DNA of 64,000 nucleotides from the NCBI GenBank assembly GCA_040954595.2, contig CM082598.2, positions 6,587,097 to 6,651,096 on the forward strand, read 5' to 3'. Numbering within the stretch: the first letter of the stretch is position 1; each line of letters starts with the position of its first letter. Position numbers and translations under genes: made by a program. The notes below the pieces were generated by a model. That model searched no databases. It had not been told where the DNA came from and was given only the letters and a program-made list of their open reading frames with translations. Shown here piece by piece: positions 40,846 to 53,439 of the stretch. This DNA comes from Balanoglossus misakiensis. Taxonomy: Eukaryota; Animalia; Hemichordata.

Positions 40846-42741
40846 TTAACACGATTTTTCAAAGAATGTTTGGTAACAGGCTTATAGCATCTTTGCCATC
40901 TCTAAAGATCACGAAAAAACAAATTCTGAATGGAGTACCCTCGGAAACCACTTACAATTTAGTGTGTTTTTCTGTGTGATACCATGAGGCGATCGATGAT
41001 ATGGTCAGGGCATTATGGCCAAAGGGAACCGTACCTGTCCTTTCTGATAAGAGCTACATCACAAACAAAGAGAAAATTGTTTCTCATTATCTACATTAGA
41101 CTGCATGGGCGAATCAAATTTCCAATCCCAACATGAAAATTTAGCATCTACATTCAAGTGTATTGTGACCTAAATTGGATATTGGCAATTAAATACGACT
41201 AAACGTTTATAGCTTTATAGTTCATCTCCGCAATTTCTCCAATATAATCCAATGGCGGCTGTCATACTGTATTATAGTCATTTACATCCAAACCCCTTTT
41301 AAAACGCAAATTCAAAATTGTTTACACGTTTGTTGCTCATGAACTTTGGCCTCAAGTTGAAACATGAAGTGAATCAGTGGAGACAATCTGACCGAAAATT
41401 AATTTTCATTGCCTCATCCAGTCCACCCTTATTAAACCATATACCTAAGCATTGCCATATTTTGAAGCAACAAGTTATAGAGTGAAACAGGGTAAACTGA
41501 AGAGATATTTCTGTAGATAGATATAGTCCATTTTGACCTAGTTCTATCAAACAAAGAGGATTGCTGGACAGACTTGAAAACCGCCTTTGCTGTTTTGGCC
41601 AAGTTTTGCGTACGACTAAACTGTGCAAAGTTGTTTTTGTTCAGCTCGCGTCTTCGGTGCCTCAGCTCACATAGATGAGGTGCCTTCGTGCCTGGGGAGT
41701 GATGATTGCTGATAGTCTAAAGCTTGGGCTCCCGGAATGTGGGCTAATTGATCTGATTGACTCGATAAGTCTACAATTAATGTGGATTAATTAAATATTG
41801 ACAGAATGAAGAAGGGACAATTATGAAGTCAAATTAGGCCAACAAAACATCAGTTATGTGTTTCACTATTTATGGAAAAAATAACTTGACATTGCTTTAG
41901 TACATGTAAAGTTTAAAATAGCCATTTCTATCACTAGACTCTCTCACAGCCCATGGCTCGCTACAAGGCTTTTCACTGACGCGCCCAGAACCGTTTAGCA
42001 ACGGAGAAGCCTCAAATGGTGTTGCGTAGCGAACCTTGCAATCAGACCATAAGCCTGCATCGACTGCGAAGGGGGCTGTGAGAGAGTCATTTCTATCACA
42101 TCAATGTCTCCAAAAGCTAACATGAAAACATGGAATGAGAATTGTGTAATATTAATTCCATTGACATCGGCGGGCGCGGGTGTAGATATTTCCATCCCTG
42201 TCAAAGGAAATAAAAAGATGATACAATTATAAAACAAAACAGAAACAACAATTTTGAATGGACAATCATACAACTTGATCGGCACAATTATTGGTATATG
42301 CACAGGGTTCATTGATAGATGCACTGCACACAATGGATATATTTTATTTGCGTGCTCACAAAGTTTCTTTGCGTGCAGTCAAATACACACAGCACTGAAC
42401 ATCAAAAGTTGTCATTTTCTGTAACAATTAAACCATAATATTTAATGCAAACAATTATGGAGTAATTGTATGTAATTCATTTGTACTTTCCTTTTCTTTG
42501 GTGTTGATTTGAAACCCAGTCATATTCTGTTTCACATAGAAACAAACTTTCAGCCTCATTTTACCATAAAGCTCAAGTCTATATGTACATGTTTTAGTCC
42601 CGCCATGAAAGACGTCCATAATCGCACGTATCTCTTCTTGTACGTGGAAGCAATTAGTTCCACTTTGGGCGTAACACCCTGACTGTTTTGTCGATGTCGC
42701 CACTCGATACTGCACACATAAAATAAATCAACATGAATCGT

Positions 42742-43139
42742 GAATTTTAGAAAATTTGATCACATTCACGGTGAGTTGTATTGAATCAGAGTTTATTCCC
42801 GCCAGGGACACTTTATCGACTGAATATTTTTCCTGTTGCTAGATGGGTCATACACAATCCCCTGTTAAAATTTGAGCAAATTCGGCCAACGCCGAGCGAA
42901 GCTAAATTCTTCTGAAGTTGTCAAGAGCAGCGAAAATGCAAACTGAAAAAACGGCCATTTGCATTGTTGACACCTATTTGTTAAGCTGTGAATTCAATCA
43001 GAAAAGTGCTATTTTTGGTTGATTATGCACCATTTCCGCCAAGACGCATTTGTCAGAATGTGGATCAGTATTAGATTTACCGATTTATGTAAAACAAGTA
43101 AAATTTGGCAGAAATCACAACTTTTCATGCAATGCCACC
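42742..43139. mobile_element. MITE family A, right half only
   Basis: Internal A sequence is fused to backbone and ends TGCAATGCCACC|TTAA. Confidence 0.85.
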
Positions 43140-44086
43140 TTAATTAACCCGATTTCTCAAAGAATGTTTGGTAATAGGCTTATAGCATCTTTGCCATCTC
43201 TAAAGATCATGAAAAAACTAATTTTGAATGGAGTACCCTCGGAAACCTCTTAAAATTTCGTGTGTTTATCTGTGTGATACCATGAGGCGACCGATGATAT
43301 GGTCAGGGCATTATGGCCAACGGGGACCGTACCTGTTCTTTTTGATAACGGCTACATCACAAACAAAGAGAAAATTGTTTTCTCGTTATCTACATTTGAC
43401 TGCATGGGCGAATTAAAATTTCCAATCCCAACATGAAAATTTAGCATCTGTATTCAAGTGTAACCTGAATTAGTATTGGCAATTAAATACGACTAAAAAT
43501 TTATAGCTTTATATAGTTCATCCCCGAGATTTCTCCAATATAATCCAATAAACTGTTTGGGTGCTGTCATACAGTATTATAGTCATTTACATCCAAACCA
43601 GTTCTAAAACTCAAAGTCAAGATTGTTTACAATGTTTGTTATCATGAACTTTGACCTCAAGTTGACACATGAAGTAAATCAGTGAAGACAATCTGACCAA
43701 ATATTAATTTTCATTGCCTCATCCAGTCCACCCCTATGAAGCCTGCATGTACATGTGAGCATAGCAATATTTTAAAGGAAATGTTATAGAGTCAAACAGG
43801 GTAACTGAAGAGATATTTCTGTGCTGATATAGTCCATTTTGACCTTGTTCTATCAAACAAAGAAGCTTGCTGGAAAGACTTGAAAACTGCCTTTGTTGTT
43901 TTGGCAAAATTATGCGTACGACTAAACTGTGCAAAGGTTTTTCTGTTTAGCTTGGATCTTCTGTGCCCCAGCTCACATAGATGAGGTGCCTTCGTGCCTG
44001 GGGAGTGATGACTGCTGATTGTCTAAAGCTTGGGCTCCAGGAATGTCGGCTAATTCATCTGATTGACTCGATAAGTGTACAATTAA

Positions 44087-44824
44087 GGTGGCATTGCATG
44101 AAACCGTCCAGACTTTTTCAGAGGCCTATTTCTCATCAAAGACAACGTTAAAACTCCCCATAAACCATATATATTCTGGAAGCTGAGATTTTGAACTTTT
44201 GTTTGAGTTGCAAATATTATTGATCCCCGGAAATGGTGGCGATTTTGGGTGAAAAAAAAACATTTTTTGATATTATGTCATGAAATTTAAAATAGGTAAA
44301 AAAGTTGACCATGCATCATGCATCTTAATATGTCATTCGAAACTAGAGTACACGTGCAAAAAAAACGGTAATTTTGTTTTGCGTTATCTGCTTCCATTGA
44401 GGAGTAACAGCGTTTGAAAGTTAGATTTTTAGTAAAATTTGATCAAATTCACGGCGAGTTGTATTGAATCAGAGTTTATTCCCGCCAGGGACACTTTATC
44501 GACTAACAAAAATACTGTTTTGTTGGATGGGTCATACACAATCCCCAGTTAAAATTTGAGCAAATTCGGCCAACGCAGAGCGAAGCTATTTTCGTCTGAA
44601 GTTGTCAAGAGCAGCGAAAATGCAAATTGAGAAAAAACGGCCATTTGCATTGTTGACACCTATTTGTTAAGCTGTGAACTCATTCAGAAAAGTGCTATTT
44701 TGGGGTGATTATGCACCATTTCCGCCAAGACGTATTAGTCAGGGTGTGGGTCAGTATTAGGCCTACCGATTTATGTAAAAAAGTAAAATTTGGCAAAAAT
44801 CACAACTTTTCATTCCATGCCACC
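44087..44824. mobile_element. MITE family A with demonstrable TTAA TSD
   Basis: TACAATTAA|A|TTAATGTGG. The empty site CTACAATTAATGTGG is present near 6828, 21920, 23708 and 31498. Confidence 0.92.
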
Positions 44825-47800
44825 TTAATGTGGATTAATTAAATATTGACAGAATGAAGAAGGGACAATTATGAAGTTAAATTAGGCCAACAAAACTTCA
44901 GTTATGTGTTTCACTATTTATGGAAAAAATTAACTTGACATTGCTTTAGTAAATGTAAAGTTTAAAATAGCCATTTCTATCACTAGACTCTCTCACAGCC
45001 CATGTCTCGCTACAAGGCTCTTCACTGACGAGCCCAGAACCGTTTAGCAACGGAGAAGCCACATATGGTGTCGTGTAGCGAACCTTGCAATCAGACCATA
45101 AGCCTGCTGGACTGCGAAGGGGGCTGTGAGAGAGTCCTTTCTATCACATCAATGTCTCCAAAAGCTAACATGAAAACATGGAATGAGAATTGTGTAATAT
45201 TATTTCTATTGACATTGGCGGGCACGGGTGAAGATGCTTCCATCCCTGCCAAAGGAAATAAAACGATGACACGATTATAAAAGAAAACAGAAACAAAAAT
45301 TTTGAATGGACAATCAAACAAATTGATCGGCACAATTATTGGTATATGCACAGGGTTCATTGCTAGATGCACTGCTCACAATGGATATATTTTATTTGCG
45401 TGCTCACAAAGTTTATTTGCGTGCAGTCAAATACAAACAGCACTGAACCTCAAAAGTTGTCATTTTCTGCAACAATTAAACCATAATATTTAATGCAAAT
45501 AATTATGGAATAATTACATGTAATTCATATGTACTTTTGTTTGCCTTGGTGTTGATTTGAAACCCAGGCAGTATCTCATTTTCTGTTCCACATAGAAACA
45601 AACTTTCAGCCTCATTTTACCATAAAGCTCCAGTCTATGTACATGTATTAGTCCCACCATGAACGACGTCCATAATCGCACGTATCTCCTCTTGTACGTG
45701 GAAGCAATTAGTTCCACTTTGGGCGTAACACCCTGACTGTTTTGTCGATGTCGCCGCTCGATACTGCACAGAAAAAATCAATCAACATGAATCGTTAAAG
45801 TTTAAGCTTGGACCTACTATCCCTATGTATAGCTGAGTGTTAGCAACAATGTTATTTTGCGATGATTTTTGAGATAAGCAAGATGTCACTCAAAGGAGTG
45901 GGTGTGGCCATGGTGTTGTGATGTTATACGCACATTAATCGCTTTGGTCCAAAAACACAATTTGTTCCGACACGTTCTTGTCTCACTTAAAAGTCTCTGC
46001 GTTCTGATGATACCAAGAGGCGACAGTACGATCAGAGTTTTTTTTTGGGGGGGGGGGGCAGAGTGGAAGACACCCGTGTTCTCTCTGATAATTTTTCCCC
46101 AAAGTTGCTGTAGACTCCCCTCTTAAGGATGTACGTAACAGAACTTAAAAATGTAAACTGTGCAAATTAGTATGTGTTTGTCTTTTCCCGTAAACGATTA
46201 CATTGAGAATCGCTAGAAAAAATCACTTCTACTATTGTCATTTTCATGAAATTATACACATAGTCAGTCAAGTAAAAATAAATTAATTGGTCAAATAAAA
46301 TTGTTTGGTCACTGCAATCTATTTTGAGATAAACTTTGGTAAATGTTTTGCCCATAGACAAACCATTGGTGAAAATTGCTGACTCATTCACAGTCTTGTA
46401 TTTCAAAAACAAGCGTGGTGAAACCTTTATGTTATCACATGTTTGGCTCCGAAGTGTTTACACGGAGGAGTCTTTCGAATGGGCCATCAGTGTCAACTTC
46501 CGTCCGTCAACCTGTCAAGAATGCATACCATTTTCTGGTAGGGGTGTGTAGCTTTATGTTTTTGGCGGTGGTGTGAAGCTTTGAGGTGGTGAGGAAGAAT
46601 TGGAACAGTGACAGAAATCGGAACGGAATAGCCAGCAGTGTTTTCGCTACCCGCTCGCCAAATCGCAAATGCGAGAAAAAAAGTTGTGTTTGGCGAGACG
46701 ATTTTCATACAAATAAGCCAAACTTGTGAAGCACTGCTATCTAACATCGTCGTTTGTTTCGCCATGATCAACTTGCCATGATCAGTGCACTACAACGCGT
46801 GAACGTGGACCGCTGTTCTGTTCATTGATCATCACCCCCTGTATCATGAACATCGCAAGGCAATGCATTGAATTCAGCTCTTCCAGCTAGTGGCCGCACT
46901 CGCTTGATTTCCTGTATGTGTCTCTGGGGATGAAAAGAATGCATGTATGCGTCTTTTCCTAATTTGCATATTTTGAATGGGTTAGGTCTGCCTTTACTTG
47001 AACGCGTCAAGTGTATAGGTTGTTATGGAAGTTTCTTTTTAGAACCACTAGTGTTAGTCTGTCGGCCCAACCAGCAAAAAAAGGTTCTAGAAATGTCATT
47101 ATGTTGTATAGGAGTTTTGTACTACATGAAATTAGCTGGAAATGACGGGTGGTAAACTATTGATGTGAAATCAGGTCACTTCTACTGAAAATGATGGCCC
47201 AGAGAGCAATGACTATTTATGTTCACAACTGCTATGCTCCCATCAACTGGGGAAAGTAAATGATTGAACTTTCTGTTTGAACAATTCATATATTTTTTTG
47301 CTAACACCTACACAACTATAGTCAGCACATGACATTACCTATATACTTGAAAATTGAGAACTTTTTATCAAAACACTTCAGCTGATCTTGAATGCTGTGT
47401 GATATTTTTTTTTCAAAATATATTTCTTTCACTTTTATACTAGTTTAATACTTATAATTTAAGGAGAAGCCAAAAAATGTACAATTAAGAGAAATAAGAA
47501 TACTTTTACTGATTGCACATCCTTAACACAATTTCTAAAAGAATGTTTGGAAACAGGCTTTCGGCATCTTTGCTATTGTCGACGTTTTGCCATCTCTAAA
47601 GATCCTGAAAAAAACTAATTTTGAATGGAGTACCCTCGGAAACCTCTTAAAATTTCGTGTGTTTATCTGTGTGATACCATGAGGCGATCGATGATATGGT
47701 CAGGGCATTATGGCCAAAGGGGACCGTACCTGTCCTTTCTGATAAGGGCTACATCACAAACAGCTCGAGAAAATTGTTTATCGTTATCTAAATTTGACTG

Positions 47801-48112
47801 CATGGGCGAATTAAATTTTCAAGCGGTTTCCAAGCCCAACATCAAAATTTAGCATTCAAGGCATTTAAATGAAATCAAGATGAAGAGAATTTAACTGTCC
47901 CTGCATGCACCGGATGCAACTATGAAGGACAATATAATTTCTGTGTCTGTAATGATTCATCTAGGCCTGTATGTGATCATGCACTATCCTAGTCTAGTAT
48001 CTAGCCGTCAAGTTTGCTTCCAAAACTAACATCTAGGTCAAGCATGCCACTGGCCCAATAAAACCTGATAGCCCTTGCTGAGAGTTGTGATTGTGCCTGG
48101 GGAGTGATGACT

Positions 48113-48512
48113 GTTTGAGTTGCACATTTTATTAACCCTCGGAAATGGTGGCGTTTTGGGGCTAAAAAAACAGTTTTTGATATTATGTCATTCAATTTGA
48201 ATTAGGTAAAAAAAGTTGACCATGTAGTCATTCGAAACTAGAGTACACGTGCAAAAAAGCGAAAATTTTGATTTACATTTTCTGTTTCCATTGAGGAGTA
48301 ACAGCGTTTGAAAGTGAGATTTTAATAATATTTGATCAAATTCATGATGAGTTGTATTGAATGAAAGTTATTTATTCCCGCTAGGGACACTTAATCGCCT
48401 AAAACATTTTTTGTATTGTTGGATGGGTCATACACAATCCCCTATTAAAATTCGGCCAACGCAGAGCGAAGCTAAATTCTTCTGAAGTTGTCAAAAGCAG
48501 CGAAAATGCAAA
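48113..48512. mobile_element. Diverged internal fragment of family A at the array edge
   Basis: A-internal sequence without either TIR. Confidence 0.75.
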
Positions 48513-49256
48513 GAGACCAGCTGTTTTATTTAGTGTATGTACAGTACATGTGCCATTGCCAGCTTATGGGTCAGTCAGTGTTTGCCCAGTGATCTTTGTG
48601 TGTGTGTGTGTCTGTCTGTTATTCATGTTAGGGTAGACTGAAACATTTGATGGACACAATTAACAAATTACCGGACAGAATGTGTCGCAGCAAAATTTAA
48701 GTTGTGAAAACTTGACAGATTATCGATGAAATTCAACACTGCAGACGGCAACTTGTAGACACAGCAATATATGTGTGCTCACATTTGCATGTGGCCTCCA
48801 ATTGCAAGTCAGCTCAAACCAGCCCTGTGCTTATTAATTATATGCGCGTATTTTACCCCTTAAATGTTTGTCCAAACGCGACTCATGTTTTACATGACAT
48901 TAAATGACTGTCCAAACGAAACATCTGTGGAACAGTGAACCAGTCAGTCAATCCGTGAGTTCTGAGTGAGGTGTCTGCATGTGTGCATCGAGAGACTGTG
49001 AGTGGGGCACACAACTTGTAATAATTAACATCACGGAAACTGTTCGTTGTTCGTTCTGGATGTACGATGTTTCGATTAGTAATAAGCCTCTAGTCATATT
49101 TTATTATCACAATCAATCGTTTTGCATGAATCTACTGTATAGTAAATCATTCTAGTCTGATTAGAATCTACAGTGGCAAAATCGAAATTGCAATCTTTCC
49201 TGATAGAGACCAATTACCATATCATATTGTACATTCATGTTAAAGGCAATATATCA

Positions 49257-49445
49257 TCTCATGCGCATGCGCGTAACTTCCCAGCAAATTTTCCGTTCGA
49301 TGCATTCAACTGGTAGACTGCCTTCGCAATCTTCCATATTTCATGCGCACCGTATAAGTAGATTCTGGTTTTGTCCCTCCTTTTCACGAAAGCTAGTGTC
49401 TTTTCCTGATCTCCGACACAGATTATGGTCGCCGCCATCTTCTCT
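49257..49445. promoter_or_regulatory. Candidate promoter with NRF1-like and YY1-like motifs
   Basis: TGCGCATGCGC at 49262-49272 and GCCGCCATCTT at 49431-49441, in a CpG-containing patch about 1 kb upstream of the candidate start codon. Motif-based only. Confidence 0.45.
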
Positions 49446-50384
49446 GTTGTTAGGACAGAGCACTGCATTATGGGATTGGCTGTTCACTAAATGTCTGTAA
49501 CCAGCGACTACAGCTGGAACATGCATGTGACACGAGCTAGGCGCTTTAACATCATGGAAACTGTTTGTTGTTTGTGCTGGACGTACAAAGTTTTGACTAT
49601 AGTAATAAACTGCTTGTCATATTTTATTATCACAATCCAAAGTTTTCAATCTATGTCTGTATTACTGTATATAGTCAATCATTCTAGAGTCTGATAAGCA
49701 TCTCTACAGTGGCTCACTCCACATAGATACCAATTACCATATCAACAGACAATGACCTTTCTGACCTGTGCGAGTTCATTCAAGGTGACACAAATGTCGA
49801 TTGTAAGCGAACAGTGTTTCAGTCGCACTGAGTGTAATGTCATGCTAACCTATGATCACTTGTTTTTTTGTAGCAATGATATAATATTATTCATGTCATT
49901 CTTGTTAGTGAAACGAATTGTTTATCGACCACATTCTTGTACACCATACGTGTCTACAACAAGGTCATTGTGTTTTCTCACATACCTATTACAGAAATTG
50001 TTAAAGGAAAAAGTACATAGGGAACTTGTATACAGAAAGACAAAAAGGAAAATGTATGAATGTAAAAAGATTGTGAATTTCTACCCTCCCCTGGTGGTGA
50101 TACACTCAGGCAAAATGGCTATATCCATGCATGTCTCCAAAACTATCACAGAGAGGGGGACGCTTTCCAGTTATCATCACTGTCTTCAAAAATGATAAAA
50201 TATGGTACTTCTTCCAACAATGTTCTAATGAGATTTGAAATACAGATGAGTGTATAAACCCAATACAAGTTTTTTGTATCAGAAACAATGCTATTGCTTT
50301 GTATTTGTGTTATGACATTATCTGTCCCAGTTTTTGTAAATTAGGAGCTGAGGGGGCTTTTGTCTGATTTTCTTCTATATTCAG

Positions 50385-50400
50385 TGTTTCATTCAGGATG
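50385..50400 (+). CDS. Candidate start-codon exon of the ankyrin gene (ATG at 50398-50400)
   Basis: Pyrimidine tract TTTTCTTCTATATTCAG, then ...CAGGATG|GTATCA. A phase-0 junction would give M-DLIDAAFDG. Confidence 0.4.
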
Positions 50401-50973
50401 GTATCAGCAGGGGGTATATGTCCCCTTTTGCCAGAATATTTGAGGGTATTCCACTGTGGCAAGGGGGGAATGTTATATCTTCAACATGTGAGTGACATCA
50501 TTTTAAAGGGCACTGGTCCCCTTTTGACAATTAAATTGCTAGGGGGTACCAACATGTCAATAGAGGGTGAATCCCCCCCCCCCCCCCCCCCCCCGTCTAG
50601 ATGAAAAACTGATATTTCACAAATTGTCTTTTTTGTTGTTGAAAATTCCTGGAAATGATTCGCGTCTGGAAATTTCATGGAGAAGCAATGTCTATTTTCC
50701 CTAAGAGTGCCACCACTGGTTTTGTATTTCTGTTTTCCTGTTGCCCTTAGGAGATCTTGCTGTTTTGTCTTGGAGAAGAGTGATTGTGTTGTCTTTGTTT
50801 TCTCACAACATTGTGTCATCATTTTGTATTCAAATTGACGTACATGATCATGTTTTGTCTTCATAATTTTTCATTATTGAAGATTTCAATGTTTTCCTTT
50901 TATATTACTGCTGTTTATGATTGCATTTTTGGAATATTATGATAAAAGAAGTGTTGCTTGTTGAATGTTGCAG

Positions 50974-51069
50974 GATCTTATCGATGCGGCATTTGATGGT
51001 GATGTTGCAAAGATTCAGTCGCTGATAGCTGATGGATATGATGTCAATGCAAGGGGTGTAATCCCGGTG
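50974..51069 (+). CDS. Ankyrin-repeat protein exon (DLIDAAFDGDVAKIQSLIADGYDVNARGVIPV)
   Basis: TTGCAG| acceptor and |GTAAGT donor, 96 nt, phase 0. The peptide fits an N-terminal ankyrin repeat. Confidence 0.9.
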
Positions 51070-51505
51070 GTAAGTGTATCGTATAGACCAATGTTTGATA
51101 CAGAGTCATCACTCAGGGCTAGCGTTTGATATTTTATTTTTCACGTGCAGTGCACACAAGAGCTTAACAAATTTGCGTGAATAGAAATATCTTTTTAAAA
51201 TAATGAATTTTGTTGAAATAAAGTGGATTCTTGATGCAAACAAGATATTTCTTATGTCATATCTTCCACGAAAGATAAACTTACCGACACTGGGATGTCC
51301 GCTGCAAACAGTTAATTTTTTTTCGCACCATGTTGAATGCGCCCTCAACCAATATTTTCTCGGTATTTTTAGGGTCAATTATGGTGTTTCAAATTCTCCG
51401 TGGTAGGAATGAATTCTCAACTGGGGCGTTTTTTAAGGTTCATCGCACTTTTCTGTTTGCAACTTTCTATAGCACCCCTGATGCTGTTACTGTAGTAGCA
51501 CTAGC

Positions 51506-52150
51506 TGAACCACATTGAACTAAACAAATACTGTAGACTGATACAATGTTCACACTGGGTGAGACTAGAAACATTTCAGAGACACTGTATGTCATTTGTA
51601 AACACAGATGATGAATCTTTTGTGCTGGTTTGTGTCCTCACTCACACACCCTCACACACACACATACATACACACACTCACACAGGCACACACACAAAGA
51701 CACAAAGTTAAAGCATAGACCCTGGAACTAGATCGCCCCATAGACAATGTGTTGTGGAATCTTGTTCATTATTTACACCACAGGTCTGGCCAGCAAAAAC
51801 CGTCTCAAAACGCTCCAGGACCACTTTAAGTGTTCACATGTAATATTTTATGCCAGCATTTGACCAGAGATGTTTCAGATACGTTTCAATGATCTCTGTG
51901 TGAACGCCATATGAGTGACTGGCTTTTCACACAACAATAACACTGAATCAACTAGATATCTATAAATTCCCAAAATACCACACACTCCCAAAGTGATATC
52001 ACAACACCACATTTAGATTTTGCAAAAACGGACCTACACTAGCCCACAAATATAAATGATCTCAATTCAGCGCGGACTGTTTCATCAACAGTTCCAGTTT
52101 TACCCGGTGTGAACATGGTATCAGTCTACAGTTTTGTTCATTGTGGTTCA
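51506..52150. mobile_element. Intronic MITE with imperfect TIRs
   Basis: TGAACCACA..ACTGTAGACTGATACAATGTTCACACTGGGT vs ACCCGGTGTGAACATGGTATCAGTCTACAGT..TGTGGTTCA. Confidence 0.7.
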
Positions 52151-52158
52151 ACCACATG

Positions 52159-52334
52159 CAGTAAAACCTGTCGAAATGGACCTGTCTTATCTGGAAAACT
52201 GTCTATAATGAACACATTTTCCTGTCCCCTTGACATAGAACCACGTGTTAAAAGAACCTTTACAAACCGGAAACGTCTGTAAACTGAACAATTTCTTCTG
52301 TCCCTTTGGTGTTCGGTTTAGACAGGCTTTACTG
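52159..52334. mobile_element. Tc1/mariner/pogo-type MITE, 176 bp
   Basis: CAGTAAAACCTGTC...GACAGGCTTTACTG|TA. The left TSD reads TG. Confidence 0.7.
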
Positions 52335-52598
52335 TACATGTATTGTGTTCATAGAGAATTGTCACTCAACCTCAGAAAAAATTACCATTATTTATGATCT
52401 TTCAGATTCAAATCTATATCAGTCTATTACTGAAATAACACACCATCGTAATCAAAACCATTATTACAATAGTTACTGAAGCTCATTGTGATGAAATTCC
52501 TAGAGTTTCTTCATCAAAAGATCAAGCAGTTGACTCACATTGCAAGTATCAGATTGGTGATGTCATTTTTATTCCAACTTTAAACGTCTTTATTCCAG

Positions 52599-52697
52599 GA
52601 TGATTCCACAGCATTGCATGCAGCGTCCTTTACAGGTACATTGGATGCTGCCAGGGTGTTGATTAGCCATGGTGCAGATGTCAATGCGAAGAATGAG
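52599..52697 (+). CDS. Ankyrin-repeat exon (DDSTALHAASFTGTLDAARVLISHGADVNAKNE)
   Basis: TTTATTCCAG| acceptor and |GTACGT donor, 99 nt, phase 0. TALH and GADVNAKN match the ankyrin consensus. Confidence 0.95.
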
Positions 52698-53439
52698 GTA
52701 CGTGAACTGACTTATCACTTTATTATGGATAACGTGGCCACACAATTGGATAATTAAAAAAAATGCCTTTGAAAAAGACATAATTACAACACTCTTATTT
52801 TCATCCAAAATAACTTTGCATGATCCAAATTCAATGGGAAGAAACAAGCTAACCCCTGAACAAGAAGAGGGAAAGGCCAAAAATTATACCCATACTGATT
52901 TAGTTTTACTAACCATGATACCCTTGGGATCCAGCCATAGAAAGGACAGTAGGACACATTGCACTCTAAATTCAAAAATCTTGAACCATGCTATATTTGA
53001 CACAGTTTGTGCCCAAATGAAAAAATATGTTCCAGAAAGTAATTTTTGATGGATTTTTTTGTGTTTCACCAAAATTGCATTTTTTTGTCGTTTTTCAAGC
53101 CGTCTCTGACATTATGCTGGCATTTGTTTTTAAATCTTCCAGACCCCCCCCCCCCCTGAATATCAAATGGTCCTCCTCTAACTAAGCTATGGAGTCTAAA
53201 ACATCCAATGTTAAAAACTATATGACCAGCCAAAGCGTTTTCCTCGCTGTTAGAATCAATTAAGATTCTTCATTGTAATACTTTGATCTGGATTCACTTT
53301 AACAGTCGACATTTTTCATTTTGTGTATGTGGAAGGACTGTGGATGATAATTTCAAATCAGTCAGTATGCCATTCTTGGTTGTTTTTGCAATATGGCTGA
53401 TACTTTTGATATTTTTTAAATTTATTTTCTGTTTGTTTG

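Larger units (their letters stand above)
39240..44180. repeat. Recent direct duplication, ~39240-40210 vs ~43225-44180 (offset about 3968 bp)
   Basis: Near-identical ORFs at 39766 and 43734, with shared private variants. Confidence 0.85.
1..48512. repeat. Degenerate macro-tandem array of about 11 backbone copies with variable nested transposons and deletions
   Basis: The marker TCCACTTTGGG(C/T)GTAACACCCTG or a variant recurs near 1267, 3433, 8388, 13424, 22663 (truncated), 24407, 29728, 33381, 38696, 42659 and 45713. Other markers (GGAGTACCCTCGGAAACC, GTGCCTGGGGAGTGATG, CTCCAAAAGCTAACATG) recur in the same order and orientation. Confidence 0.95.

Noticed and set aside
45715-45763. WD40-like peptide SSGDIDKTVRV on the minus strand
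   Set aside because: Too short and followed by a stop within a few codons, so likely chance.
125-48195. Many recurring 60-110 aa ORFs (MEYPRKP..., MIMYHFHQ..., MELIASTYKK...)
   Set aside because: They recur only because the DNA is repeated. Frames and stops vary among copies and no domain is recognisable.
1-48512. CRISPR- or integron-like reading of the repeats plus tyrosine recombinase
   Set aside because: There is no short regular repeat-spacer structure and no cas genes. The context is eukaryotic and the recombinase is Crypton-type with its own insertion boundaries.
51114-51480. hAT-like element with CAGGG...CCCTG ends
   Set aside because: Only about 5 bp of TIR and no matching 8-bp TSD.
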